Shown here piece by piece: positions 1 to 8,527 of a DNA stretch of 62,651 bases. The stretch covers positions 1-62,651 of IMG/VR virus record IMGVR_UViG_3300044858_004015, one strand, 5' to 3'. A model generated the notes under the pieces. The model did no database searches, was not told the DNA's origin, and worked only from the letters and a program-made list of their open reading frames with translations. The stretch's first letter is position 1, and every line of letters starts with the position of its first letter. Position numbers and translations under genes: made by a program. This stretch comes from a virus. Its lineage: Duplodnaviria > Caudoviricetes.

Positions 1-127
1 GGGCCGAGACCTAAATAGTCGCCGATCTTGCGAATCGCCTCACCCTGCTTGATGCCTAGATACCAGCAGATTACATCGATTCCATCGCCCAGGCCCTTAC
101 CGCATTGATTGCAGATAATCGAGCCGT
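1..127 (+). repeat. Terminal direct repeat (copy at 62525-62651), most likely an assembly overlap
   Basis: gggccgagacc...aatcgagccgt is identical at both ends; 127 bp is a common assembler k-mer size; the repeat lies inside a CDS. Confidence 0.95.
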
Positions 128-293
128 TTTCGTTGTGATTGGAAAAGCGAAAGCGATCATTTCCGCCGCACTTTGGGCAGGGTCCAGCTCGTCCGCTCAG
201 ATAGTCGTCACCAATTCCGGCGACGTTACACAGGATCTCAGGCCAACGACGAAATGCCGCCGCCTTGATGTCGCGAATATCGTATTGCTGCAT
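1..293 (-). CDS. P4 alpha-type primase zinc-binding-domain protein, 5' part (continues across the origin into 62524-62056; 253 aa total; absent from the ORF track)
   Basis: Manual translation from ATG at 293: MQQYDIRDIKAAAFRRWPEIL...GPCPKCGGNDRFRF...GSIICNQCGKGLGDGIDVI, matching the primase Zn-ribbon pattern CPxCGGxDRF...CxxC. Confidence 0.85.
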   Translation of the reverse strand, partial: MQQYDIRDIKAAAFRRWPEILCNVAGIGDDYLSGRAGPCPKCGGNDRFRFSNHNENGSIICNQCGKGLGDGIDVICWYLGIKQGEAIRKIGDYLGLG

Positions 294-549
294 GATTCAG
301 AGCGCAGAAGCGCACCGCTATTAAGAGGCTCGTTTCATCGTGAAACGGCAGCAACGTAGTTTTACGTTTTCGAGAATGGTCGCCAGACCGATTGCAAAAT
401 ATATCGACCGGAAAAACAGATTGCAATATGGGATCGGAAAAATCTTCTGGACTTTTCTAGCGATGACCAAACGTGTCAACGAGCCCTTGTAACTTAGCTA
501 GCAGTGACAACCAGATCCACCAGACTATAACAACACGAGGAAAGACGCA

Positions 550-888
550 ATGAACCCAACGCTGGAAGTGCATTACATCGACCAGCACGGAAGCCAGCGC
601 ACAGTCGAAATCCAGGGATGGGAGCAAGCCAGGAAGACCGCCAGGGAATTATCAACGCAAAGCGGAAGGCGCGCGATCATTCGCAGGGCACCGAGCAGGC
701 CATGGCGGTTGTACGTGATCAGGCTTGCAGATCGAAAAATCATTAAAACAGAAATGCGACTGACGAAGCGTGAAGCAATTGAATTCTGGCGACAATGGAA
801 CTCAAAAAGCAATGGGGGGATTTGCGTTTTTTGGCCTATCTGGGCTCAGCGAACGCACTATGGTTTAGGTAAATCAGAATCGAAATGA
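550..888 (+). CDS. Hypothetical protein
   Basis: 112-aa ORF with a GAGGA SD upstream. Confidence 0.6.
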   Translation: MNPTLEVHYIDQHGSQRTVEIQGWEQARKTARELSTQSGRRAIIRRAPSRPWRLYVIRLADRKIIKTEMRLTKREAIEFWRQWNSKSNGGICVFWPIWAQRTHYGLGKSESK

Positions 889-1223
889 TTATCGCGACTC
901 CCACTGTTTTTTATGACTTCAGTCACTTCGCCATTCCCATCAAAAAAGAAGTACCATTGCGAAACTTGCGGCGCTCCCTTTTGGTTGTGGCGAAGCTTTA
1001 GAAAGGTGTATGGTTTCTTTTCGAAATCGTAATACCGCTCGTAAGCGTAGGATCGATTGCGGCCAAACGGCTCGAAAATGCCGTTTGCCCACTGAATTTC
1101 TTCAATAGATGAAGGATCTTCATGGTTGTTCTGCAACCATTTTCTGACCGACTTCTGATCAGGTGAGGAGCATCCAGGAATGCACAAAAGAAACAAAACC
1201 AGCAAGAATCCCTTGGAAATCAT
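858..1223 (-). CDS. Putative lipoprotein (candidate superinfection-exclusion or lysogenic conversion protein)
   Basis: Signal peptide with lipobox LFLLCIPG-C; lies in the immunity-region position. Confidence 0.65.
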   Translation of the reverse strand: MISKGFLLVLFLLCIPGCSSPDQKSVRKWLQNNHEDPSSIEEIQWANGIFEPFGRNRSYAYERYYDFEKKPYTFLKLRHNQKGAPQVSQWYFFFDGNGEVTEVIKNSGSRDNHFDSDLPKP

Positions 1224-1226
1224 TAG

Positions 1227-1559
1227 CTAATCTTTCTTGTGTATCTGCCTTTTGACTTCCATTACTTGCGCTTTTGCCTTGGCTACTCTAGCACCTCCAG
1301 GCGTTAGCGATCCCGAAGTTAGCGGCCTTCCTAAACGAGTAGCGTTAATAGTCTGATAAAGACTGGTTTGAACACGCCTCAAAGATTCAACTGCGCGTAA
1401 GATTGCTGGCTTGTGCAGAACGAAAAACCCTTCAGTTTGCTTGTCTTTTGCTACTCTCTCCGCCTCTTCGCATAGACGCACTGCATCTAGTAATTGCTGC
1501 TTTATGGCTGCAATCTCTCCAGCGCTGAGTAATTCCGCTTTTTGTGGCGTCCTGACCAT
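1227..1559 (-). CDS. Hypothetical helical protein in the repressor position (start uncertain, probably MVRTPQK)
   Basis: ORF 1227..1700; divergent from the early operon; no clear HTH or S24 motif. Confidence 0.5.
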   Translation of the reverse strand: MVRTPQKAELLSAGEIAAIKQQLLDAVRLCEEAERVAKDKQTEGFFVLHKPAILRAVESLRRVQTSLYQTINATRLGRPLTSGSLTPGGARVAKAKAQVMEVKRQIHKKD

Positions 1560-1572
1560 ACGGTTATTGTAC

Positions 1573-1661
1573 TGATCGATCAATATCGAGGAATCTTCTG
1601 TCAACACAAATTCTTGTGAATTAAAGACTTGCGACATTATGTCGTAGCTGTTTTGCAAAAC
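1573..1661. promoter_or_regulatory. AT-rich divergent control region with clustered palindromes (candidate operators)
   Basis: TGATCGATCA 1573-1582, CACAA-n4-TTGTG 1605-1618, CGACAT-T-ATGTCG 1632-1644, GTTTTGCAAAAC 1650-1661. Confidence 0.4.
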
Positions 1662-1816
1662 TAAGCAAAAATACGTAAAACACCAATTGCAATTTTGCAT
1701 AACTGCCGATACACTTCTCTATCAGTTGGCAGCAGGGAGGTCGCCAGGCCCGAGGCCAAAACGGACAAAATCACGACGGTTTTTATTGCACGAAGCTTTG
1801 AAAGGAACACAGAACC

Positions 1817-1987
1817 ATGCTAGTTCTCTCACGCAAGGAATCAGAGTCAATCATCCTGACCGACGAAGCGTCAAAACGCGAAATCACGATCAAGCTGGTC
1901 GCCATCAATGGGAACCGAGCCAGGATCGGGATCGAGGCTGACATGCAAGTGAAGGTACTACGCGAAGAACTGCGAGAAGCCAGCTAA
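1817..1987 (+). CDS. csrA: Carbon storage regulator CsrA/RsmA family protein (56 aa; absent from the ORF track)
   Basis: MLVLSRKESESIILTDEASKREITIKLVAINGNRARIGIEADMQVKVLREELREAS carries the MLVLSRK, RIGIEA and LREEL signatures; AAGGA SD. Confidence 0.93.
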   Translation: MLVLSRKESESIILTDEASKREITIKLVAINGNRARIGIEADMQVKVLREELREAS

Positions 1988-2027
1988 CTAACACTTCAAT
2001 TTCTCCAATCCTGTCTAGGAACCCAGA

Positions 2028-2813
2028 ATGACAGACATCGCCTTCGACATTGAAACAGGTCCACTTGACCTGGAACAACTCAAGCAAGTCTTACCGCCGT
2101 TTGATGCTGCCAGCTTAGGCCAGCACCCCGGTGAGTTCGATCCGGCCAGCGTCAAGACCGGCAATCTAAAAGATCAATCCAAGATCGATGCTAAGATCGC
2201 CGACGCACGCGAGGCCCACACCTTGGCGGTAAAACGCTACGAAGAGAGCCTAGCGACTGGAGAGCCAGCGTATTGGCAGGAGCAACAATCCCGAGCCGCA
2301 CTATCCGCCATGACCGGCCAAGTATTGGCGATTGGATACGCGGGAGAGCGAGTTCTTTTGGATCACATCAGCGAGACTGCCAGCGAAAAGCAATTGCTGA
2401 TTCGATTTTGGAATCAATTCAATCGCTGTCGCGAGTCTGGCCGTCGAATGGTCGGATGGAATATCGAAGGCTTTGATCTTCCGTTTCTTTGCCAAAGATC
2501 AGCGATCCTTGGCGTTACGGTTCCCGAAAAGGTGTTCACCGAAGCTGGTTGGACGGATTTCACGTTCGTCGATTTGATGAAGCGATGGAGTCGCCCAACT
2601 CGAACACCAGTGAAGCTAGATACAGTCGCGCGAGCTTGCGGACTTCAAGGAAAGCCGTCAGATGAAAGCGGAAAAGCGATCGACGGCAGCCAGTTCGCGC
2701 GGCTGTTCTTTGAGACTCCAGAGGTAGCTCTGGATTATTTGAAATGCGACCTGCAAATGGTCGTAAGTATTGGATCTCGCCTTGGTTTGCAGATGGCAGG
2801 CAGCAATGAATAG
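2028..2813 (+). CDS. DnaQ/PolB-like DEDD 3'-5' exonuclease
   Basis: ExoI AFDIETG, ExoII GWNIEGFDLPFL, ExoIII YLKCD. Confidence 0.85.
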   Translation: MTDIAFDIETGPLDLEQLKQVLPPFDAASLGQHPGEFDPASVKTGNLKDQSKIDAKIADAREAHTLAVKRYEESLATGEPAYWQEQQSRAALSAMTGQVLAIGYAGERVLLDHISETASEKQLLIRFWNQFNRCRESGRRMVGWNIEGFDLPFLCQRSAILGVTVPEKVFTEAGWTDFTFVDLMKRWSRPTRTPVKLDTVARACGLQGKPSDESGKAIDGSQFARLFFETPEVALDYLKCDLQMVVSIGSRLGLQMAGSNE

Positions 2814-3063
2814 CACCATCTGCAATCCATACGGCGCGATTCTAAAAATTGCTGACGGTCAGTTATTCGACGAGATCGCTCAGTATATCGAATGTCGACC
2901 AGGAGCGGAAGCGTCCTGGACTCAGGCCATAGGCGGCGCGTGCGCACTGTTGGCCAGTGAAAAACTAGTGATCAATCGCGAGTCAAAAGATCGGATTCGC
3001 GAAGAACTAGAAAAGCTGGACAAAGCTATCGCATTCGCAGCGTCTAGGCCGAACCGTGTTTAG
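2806..3063 (+). CDS. Hypothetical protein
   Basis: ATG at 2806 overlaps the exonuclease stop; operon packing. Confidence 0.6.
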   Translation: MNSTICNPYGAILKIADGQLFDEIAQYIECRPGAEASWTQAIGGACALLASEKLVINRESKDRIREELEKLDKAIAFAASRPNRV

Positions 3064-3090
3064 AAAAATCCCAGTTAAGGAACCCAGAAA

Positions 3091-4113
3091 ATGAACGCTA
3101 TTTCTTCGCAGTACCGAGAGGCACTGCAAAATTTTGAGCCGATCGAAAAAATCGGCAAGGCAATCGCCCAGTCTGGCATGTTTGGATGCCAAGATGCCCA
3201 TCAAGGGTTGATCATCGCATTAGATTGTTACGTCCGAGGCATTCCGCCACTTGAGTATCAGTCCCGCAATCACATGATCATGGGTAAGCCAAGCATGAAG
3301 TATGACGCCATGCTGGCGGACTTCGACGCGATCGATGGGTGTCGTCATGCGGTGATTGAAAAGACGCCAGATCAGGCTTCTGTAGCATTCTTTCAGACGT
3401 ATCACGACGAAGTAATTGAAAACGTCTTCACGTTGACCTGGGAAGAAGCCCAGAAGGAAGCTTTCGTCTACGAAGGAAAGGAAGCCGTCATCCTGGAAAA
3501 ATTGGCTCGTGGCGAGAAGCCGCCTTTGAAAGCTAAGTACGCTACACCGCGAAGCCGAGCGATCATGCTCTTTGCGCGATGCGTCTCAGATGCGATTCGA
3601 TCAGTGGCTCCTCAAGTTTCTGCCGGTCGATACACGCCAGAAGAAATCGAGGACATGACCGAATCGCCGATCGGAACATCTAACGCCAAGGTAGTTGCTT
3701 CACTGGCGGTCGAGTCGGCGAAGAATGAAGAGACGAAAGCCGATCCCGTTAAAAAGAACGGAGCCGCGACAAAAGAGACGGTCGCCAAACCAGAGAAGGT
3801 AGAGGCTAAGGTAGAGGCTAGGTCTGACGCCAAGCCAGTCAGCGAGCCCGTCACTAGGGTTCACGTTTCGGAGCCCATTACGACTGAGCAGGACGCGAAG
3901 ATCAGAAGGCTGATAGTCGACTTGAAAAAAGTCGGCATCACGGTTGCGCCTGGTATCAAGGACATACTGAAGAGCAAGGGCATGGAATCGCTATCGGATC
4001 TGACGATCGAGTCGGCGGACTGCTTGATTCGCGCGCTGGAAAAGAAGGATCTCGAAGCTTGGGCGGAAAGCCAGATTACTGGTCACAAGGATGCTTTTTC
4101 GAAGGCCAAGTAG
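3091..4113 (+). CDS. Putative single-strand annealing protein (RecT/Redbeta-like)
   Basis: MLFARCVSDAIRSVAP...YTPEEI resembles RecT-family SSAP cores; lies between the exonuclease and SSB. Confidence 0.6.
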   Translation: MNAISSQYREALQNFEPIEKIGKAIAQSGMFGCQDAHQGLIIALDCYVRGIPPLEYQSRNHMIMGKPSMKYDAMLADFDAIDGCRHAVIEKTPDQASVAFFQTYHDEVIENVFTLTWEEAQKEAFVYEGKEAVILEKLARGEKPPLKAKYATPRSRAIMLFARCVSDAIRSVAPQVSAGRYTPEEIEDMTESPIGTSNAKVVASLAVESAKNEETKADPVKKNGAATKETVAKPEKVEAKVEARSDAKPVSEPVTRVHVSEPITTEQDAKIRRLIVDLKKVGITVAPGIKDILKSKGMESLSDLTIESADCLIRALEKKDLEAWAESQITGHKDAFSKAK

Positions 4114-4270
4114 AGCATTTTGGCGAGCCCTGCTTGGCTGGTTTGGTTAAGAAATACGGTCAGCTCGTAGTATGGCGAGCAAGCCTAACACGGCTGGGAT
4201 ATCCGGCCACTTGGATTACAGATGAATCGGAAGTTTTGAAAATCGAATCTTTTTTGAAAGGTGAATAATC

Positions 4271-4852
4271 ATGTCGTTTACTATGGAAATGCCAACTGAA
4301 TTTGGAAGCTCGTCAATGGTCGACGTTAGCGGAAAGTTTCATGCGGTGATTAAAGATGTGGAAGAAAATCCGATATTGGGCGATCATCCATTTCGCGGGT
4401 TCCAAGCGGAATTAGAAATCGTGTCTCCGAGCGAACACGCCGAGAAGACTGCTAAGATTCTGTTTGGGAATCCGGATATGTCGCACAAGGACAAGGGGGC
4501 TTTCGCTCGAAGCAAGCAAGCGAGCTTCGCGATCGCTACCAACCTGGTCGACCTAAGCAAGCTTGGACAGTCGGTCGATATCGATCTCACTTCGGCTATT
4601 GGCCAGCATGTCCTGGCTGAAATCGTAATGAAGCCAACGAGGAACGATCCAAATAAGGTCTTTCCAGAGCTTAACTACTCGAACATTTACCACGTCGACG
4701 ATCCACGAGCCAAGGGCTACCCGCGAAACGATGATGCGCTGAAGGCCGTCGGCGCTCCTCGTCAGCCCGAAGGGTACTTTGCTCCACTGACCAAAAAGAA
4801 GACGCCACCAGCGACGACTAAAGCGACTGACGACGATTTCGCTGGCCTGTAG
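4271..4852 (+). CDS. Putative single-stranded DNA-binding protein
   Basis: Beta-rich body with an acidic/aromatic C-terminus DDDFAGL; follows the SSAP. Confidence 0.6.
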   Translation: MSFTMEMPTEFGSSSMVDVSGKFHAVIKDVEENPILGDHPFRGFQAELEIVSPSEHAEKTAKILFGNPDMSHKDKGAFARSKQASFAIATNLVDLSKLGQSVDIDLTSAIGQHVLAEIVMKPTRNDPNKVFPELNYSNIYHVDDPRAKGYPRNDDALKAVGAPRQPEGYFAPLTKKKTPPATTKATDDDFAGL

Positions 4853-4892
4853 TCAACTCCCGCCGTTGGTCTCCTAAACTGGGCAATGGGAG

Positions 4893-4969
4893 ACCGACTG
4901 GTAATTGGCTCCAGGTTCGGGCGGTAGGCTCATTACCCTACCGCGAGGGTTCGATTCTCTCAGTCGATT
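4893..4969 (+). tRNA. Atypical tRNA-Met(CAT)-like element
   Basis: T-arm GAGGG-TTCGATT-CTCTC; anticodon arm GTAGG-CTCATTAC-CCTAC (8-nt loop); D-stem GCTC/GGGC; acceptor ACCGACT/AGTCGAT; about 6 extra nt before the D-stem. Confidence 0.5.
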
Positions 4970-4971
4970 TT

Positions 4972-5152
4972 TGATCCAGCTTGGATGATCGCATTAAGGA
5001 TTACTTGCGTTAGTAGCATAGCGAAACCCTGCTCAAATAAAGGACCCGAAACGGTTGCAAAACTGCGGTGGGCCTCGAAGGTATCAAGGGGACGTGAGTA
5101 ATCTGGTTTATGTGGTTCGGCAACATTGTGGGTTCAACTCCTACCTGGATCA
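4972..5152 (+). ncRNA. 181-nt tRNA-like structured RNA with a large inserted domain
   Basis: Terminal stem TGATCCAG/CTGGATCA; T-arm GTGGG-TTCAACT-CCTAC; 14-bp stem GGATTACTTGCGTT/GACGTGAGTAATCT enclosing about 80 nt of further hairpins. Confidence 0.6.
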
Positions 5153-5188
5153 CTAGATCGTCCCCTGGTCAAAGTAGGAAACTAAATA

Positions 5189-5284
5189 ATGACATTTTTT
5201 GAAGCCTGGATGATTGGTAACATCGCCGGAACCGTTGCTTGCCTTTGGCTAATGGTCGTGCATAGCCGCTCAAAAGAAGTTTGA
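5189..5284 (+). CDS. Small hydrophobic peptide (31 aa)
   Basis: MTFFEAWMIGNIAGTVACLWLMVVHSRSKEV; AGGA SD; fills the gap before recD2. Confidence 0.45.
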   Translation: MTFFEAWMIGNIAGTVACLWLMVVHSRSKEV

Positions 5285-5288
5285 CACA

Positions 5289-7751
5289 ATGTCACGAAAC
5301 CTTGAAATCATCGCAACTTACCGATCTGAGCGATTCCGCTTTGACAATGCAGATTCGTCTGTAGTTATTGCCAGCGCTCAACTGGCTCCACAATCACGGG
5401 AGACCGCCAGGGAAGTTGGCATCGAGGATTCGTATATCACGATCAAAGGCGAGGCGGACGATAGCGAGCTGGAGAAGGGAATCACCTATCGATTCCTTGG
5501 CCAGTGGAAGGATTATTTCAATCGTCGCATTGGCATCAAAGAAAAGCAATTTTGCTTCGCGACATTCGTACAGCACGTTGCGCCCGATCGCCAGTCACTA
5601 ATCGACTATCTGACTCACGCTGGAAAAGGCAATGGAGTAGGAGCCCGCAAGGCTGCAATTCTCGTTGACCAATTCGGCATCGATGAAGTCCTTGAGAAGT
5701 GCCGACAACCCCTGGAGGTCGTCTCCGTAATCGGCATTAAACAGGACCAGGCAGAGCGATTCGCTGACTATCTGATCGAGCAAAAAGCGATCGAGTCCGC
5801 ACTGCTAGACCTAGATTCACTCCTGGCCGGCAAAGGATTCCCGAAGACACTTCCACGAAAACTGATCAAAGAATTCGGCAACCAGGCCGCACAGATCATC
5901 ACTGACGATCCGTTCACGTTAATGCAATTCAAGGGGGTAGGCTTCAAGAAGGCCGATAACCTTTGGAATCTACTGCGCAAGCCAGCGAATGATATTCATC
6001 GGCTCGCAATGTGTCTCTGGTATGGTATGCACTCAGACACCAGCGGAAGTACATGGTTTCCCGCCAGGGTTGCCGTCGAAAGGCTTTCGCGCGAGATTGG
6101 CTGCGAGATCGATTATCGAGGCGCGATCCTACACGGAAAAGAACTGGCTGAAACGTCCGAGCATCATTATGGGGCCATTGCCAGCACCAGAACCGATGCT
6201 GATGGGTATCCCAAGGAAGACGGTCCAGTCCTCTGGTTGTCAGAGTATCGAAACGACCAGAGAGAGCAAGGAATAGTTGAGGCTATTTCGCAAGCTTTCG
6301 ATGAAGCTAAAGATCGTGTTTTGAACGTCGGCGAAAATGGCTTTCAGGCTATCAGCAACAGCCAATATTCGATTTGGCCGGAAGTCAAAGAAGTTCAAAA
6401 TCTATCCGACCATCAAAATGAGCAATTGCATAACGCTATTGGCATGCTCAACACTCCGATCGCAATTCTGACCGGCTCCCCTGGCACTGGGAAAACGTAT
6501 GTGGTCGCTCAGCTCCTCAAAGCCGTTATCCGCCAAGGCCGTATTGGCGTGACGGATATCGTTGTCGGAGCCCCAACCGGCAAAGCAGCAGTTAGGCTAA
6601 CCGAGACGTTTCAGCAATTCGGAATACCAATCACCGCCAGGACATGGCATTCGCATTTATTTGGCCTGGATGCTGAGAAGGGTGTGGCGCTTCCATGCAG
6701 ACTGATGATCGGCGACGAGACCAGCATGAATGATCTTGAGCTGATACACCGAGTATTCTCAGCTCGACCATACGGCGCTCACATGCTTTTAGTCGGCGAT
6801 CCGTTCCAGTTACCTCCAGTTGGTTGCGGTGCTCCATTTCGCGATTTGATTGACTCGGGAGTTATTCCATCTGGCCATCTCACCAAGATCGAACGCAACG
6901 CTGGAGAAATAGTCGAAATTTGCGCTAGGATTCGCGACGGTCAGCGATGGGACAATTTGCTTAATGCCGGGAACGTGTCCTGTTTTCCATCTAAGACGCC
7001 AGAGGCGCAGATCGAGAAGCTCGAAACACTAGTTCGTCAGCATGATAAATGGGAAGCCCAGGTACTGGTCCCCGTCAACGACAAGAGCCCTATATCGAGG
7101 AAGATTCTAAACGACCGGCTACAGAAGTTACTGAATCCAAACGGAGATCCGGTCGAAAGGACAAAGTTTCGCATCGGCGACAAGATCGTCTGCACTCAAA
7201 ACGGATGGTATCAGGTCAGCGGCGAGATTTCACAGCAGATCGATGAAGCGGACGTAAACGACCGATCGGAAGTGAGGGTTGCAAACGGCGAGCTGGCCGA
7301 AGTCGTCAACCTACACACGAGAGGATTCATAGCCAAGTTGGAGTCGCCGCGACGACATGTGATCGTCACGGTGGGAAAGGAATCCGGCAAGGATGCCGCC
7401 ACGGATGGCGAAGATTCGCAGGCTGAATCGCCTTCGGAAGAAACCTCAAAGGAATCTTCCCCTGGCGGTCTCAAGTGGGAGCTTGGCTACGCTCTAAGCT
7501 GCCATAAGGCCCAAGGCAGCGAATTTCCGTTCGTCTACATCATGGTCGACGAATATCCCGGCGCTCGCTCTATTTGCGATGCCTCCTGGGTCATGACTGC
7601 AATCAGTCGAGCCAAACAGGAATGTTATTTGATTGGTAATCCTGAAACCGCTCAGCGCTGGTGCAGATCTTGGAAGATCGGCGAGCGGAATACGTTTTTG
7701 AAAGAACGGCTTATTGCGGCAAGTGTAGAAAAAGAATTGGAGGCTATCTGA
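5289..7751 (+). CDS. recD2: RecD2-like SF1B helicase
   Basis: N-terminal HhH repeats (GVGARKA, GVGFKKAD), Walker A GSPGTGKT, DETSM, VGDPFQLPPVG, YALSCHKAQGSEF, TAISRAK. Confidence 0.93.
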   Translation: MSRNLEIIATYRSERFRFDNADSSVVIASAQLAPQSRETAREVGIEDSYITIKGEADDSELEKGITYRFLGQWKDYFNRRIGIKEKQFCFATFVQHVAPDRQSLIDYLTHAGKGNGVGARKAAILVDQFGIDEVLEKCRQPLEVVSVIGIKQDQAERFADYLIEQKAIESALLDLDSLLAGKGFPKTLPRKLIKEFGNQAAQIITDDPFTLMQFKGVGFKKADNLWNLLRKPANDIHRLAMCLWYGMHSDTSGSTWFPARVAVERLSREIGCEIDYRGAILHGKELAETSEHHYGAIASTRTDADGYPKEDGPVLWLSEYRNDQREQGIVEAISQAFDEAKDRVLNVGENGFQAISNSQYSIWPEVKEVQNLSDHQNEQLHNAIGMLNTPIAILTGSPGTGKTYVVAQLLKAVIRQGRIGVTDIVVGAPTGKAAVRLTETFQQFGIPITARTWHSHLFGLDAEKGVALPCRLMIGDETSMNDLELIHRVFSARPYGAHMLLVGDPFQLPPVGCGAPFRDLIDSGVIPSGHLTKIERNAGEIVEICARIRDGQRWDNLLNAGNVSCFPSKTPEAQIEKLETLVRQHDKWEAQVLVPVNDKSPISRKILNDRLQKLLNPNGDPVERTKFRIGDKIVCTQNGWYQVSGEISQQIDEADVNDRSEVRVANGELAEVVNLHTRGFIAKLESPRRHVIVTVGKESGKDAATDGEDSQAESPSEETSKESSPGGLKWELGYALSCHKAQGSEFPFVYIMVDEYPGARSICDASWVMTAISRAKQECYLIGNPETAQRWCRSWKIGERNTFLKERLIAASVEKELEAI

Positions 7752-8512
7752 TGTTTAATCAACTATCAGAACAGCTTGGCATTGCTCGACCGTCAGACTG
7801 GTCGCAGGTCTCACCGAGCCAAGTTCTGGCCAAACCACGGACAGGCGATCGCACTTTGCAGAGCTTGCGGCTTTGGTTGGCCAAGCAAAATCTAACACTT
7901 CTGGACGATCAAACGCCAGAATATTGGCTTGCGCAGTCGGAAAGCGGCCCAGTTGTCAGCCCATTTGTAATCATCGTAGACGAAAAGGAACAACAGCCAT
8001 TCACATTCCCCGACCTACAGACAGGAGCTTCACAGGGCTATCGAAAGATAGTCGCCAGAACGATCCGCAGGTCGCTAGGAACCTCCAAGGGTGACTACTC
8101 GATGACTGGCTTCGAGGGACAGATTCATATCGAGCGAAAGTCGATGGAAGACGCCCACGGAACTATCCTTGGCTGGGGTGAGCGCCGCGATCGCTTCGAG
8201 GCCACATTGTCCTACTTGAACCAGATCGAGTTCGGAGCAGTCATTGTCGAATGCACTCTTGGAGTTTTGCTGGCCAACGCTCCCGAGCGCGGGAAGAAAA
8301 CGAAAGTCGAGAATCGTCGATCTATCAACGCGACGTACTTGTCCTGGCAAATGAAGTATTCATCAGTCCCTTGGATTTTCTGCGATACCAGGGGCTTGGC
8401 CGAGACGGAGACGTACCGGCTATTCGAGAAATTTTACGCTTACAAAATCAAGCGACGAAAATCCGCAGAATCACACTCCCAATCACTTTCTAACGACCTA
8501 TCTCTAATCTAA
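7751..8512 (+). CDS. ERCC4/XPF-family nuclease (candidate resolvase)
   Basis: IIVDEKEQ, GDYS and IERKS motifs; ATG at 7751 overlaps the recD2 stop. Confidence 0.85.
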   Translation: MFNQLSEQLGIARPSDWSQVSPSQVLAKPRTGDRTLQSLRLWLAKQNLTLLDDQTPEYWLAQSESGPVVSPFVIIVDEKEQQPFTFPDLQTGASQGYRKIVARTIRRSLGTSKGDYSMTGFEGQIHIERKSMEDAHGTILGWGERRDRFEATLSYLNQIEFGAVIVECTLGVLLANAPERGKKTKVENRRSINATYLSWQMKYSSVPWIFCDTRGLAETETYRLFEKFYAYKIKRRKSAESHSQSLSNDLSLI

Positions 8513-8527
8513 GGAATCTAAAAAATC

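Noticed and set aside
1-127. Biological terminal repeat of the virion DNA
   Set aside because: Exactly 127 bp and inside a continuous CDS, which fits an assembler overlap of a circular contig
105-426. ORFs 105..359 (+) and 238..426 (-)
   Set aside because: They overlap the better-supported primase Zn-finger gene that starts at 293 in another frame
1687-1941. 84-aa ORF 1687..1941
   Set aside because: Out-of-frame overlap with the clearly recognisable csrA
4972-5152. Standard tmRNA or group I intron-containing tRNA
   Set aside because: Too short, no G3-U70 pair, no evident tag ORF or group I core; kept as an unclassified tRNA mimic
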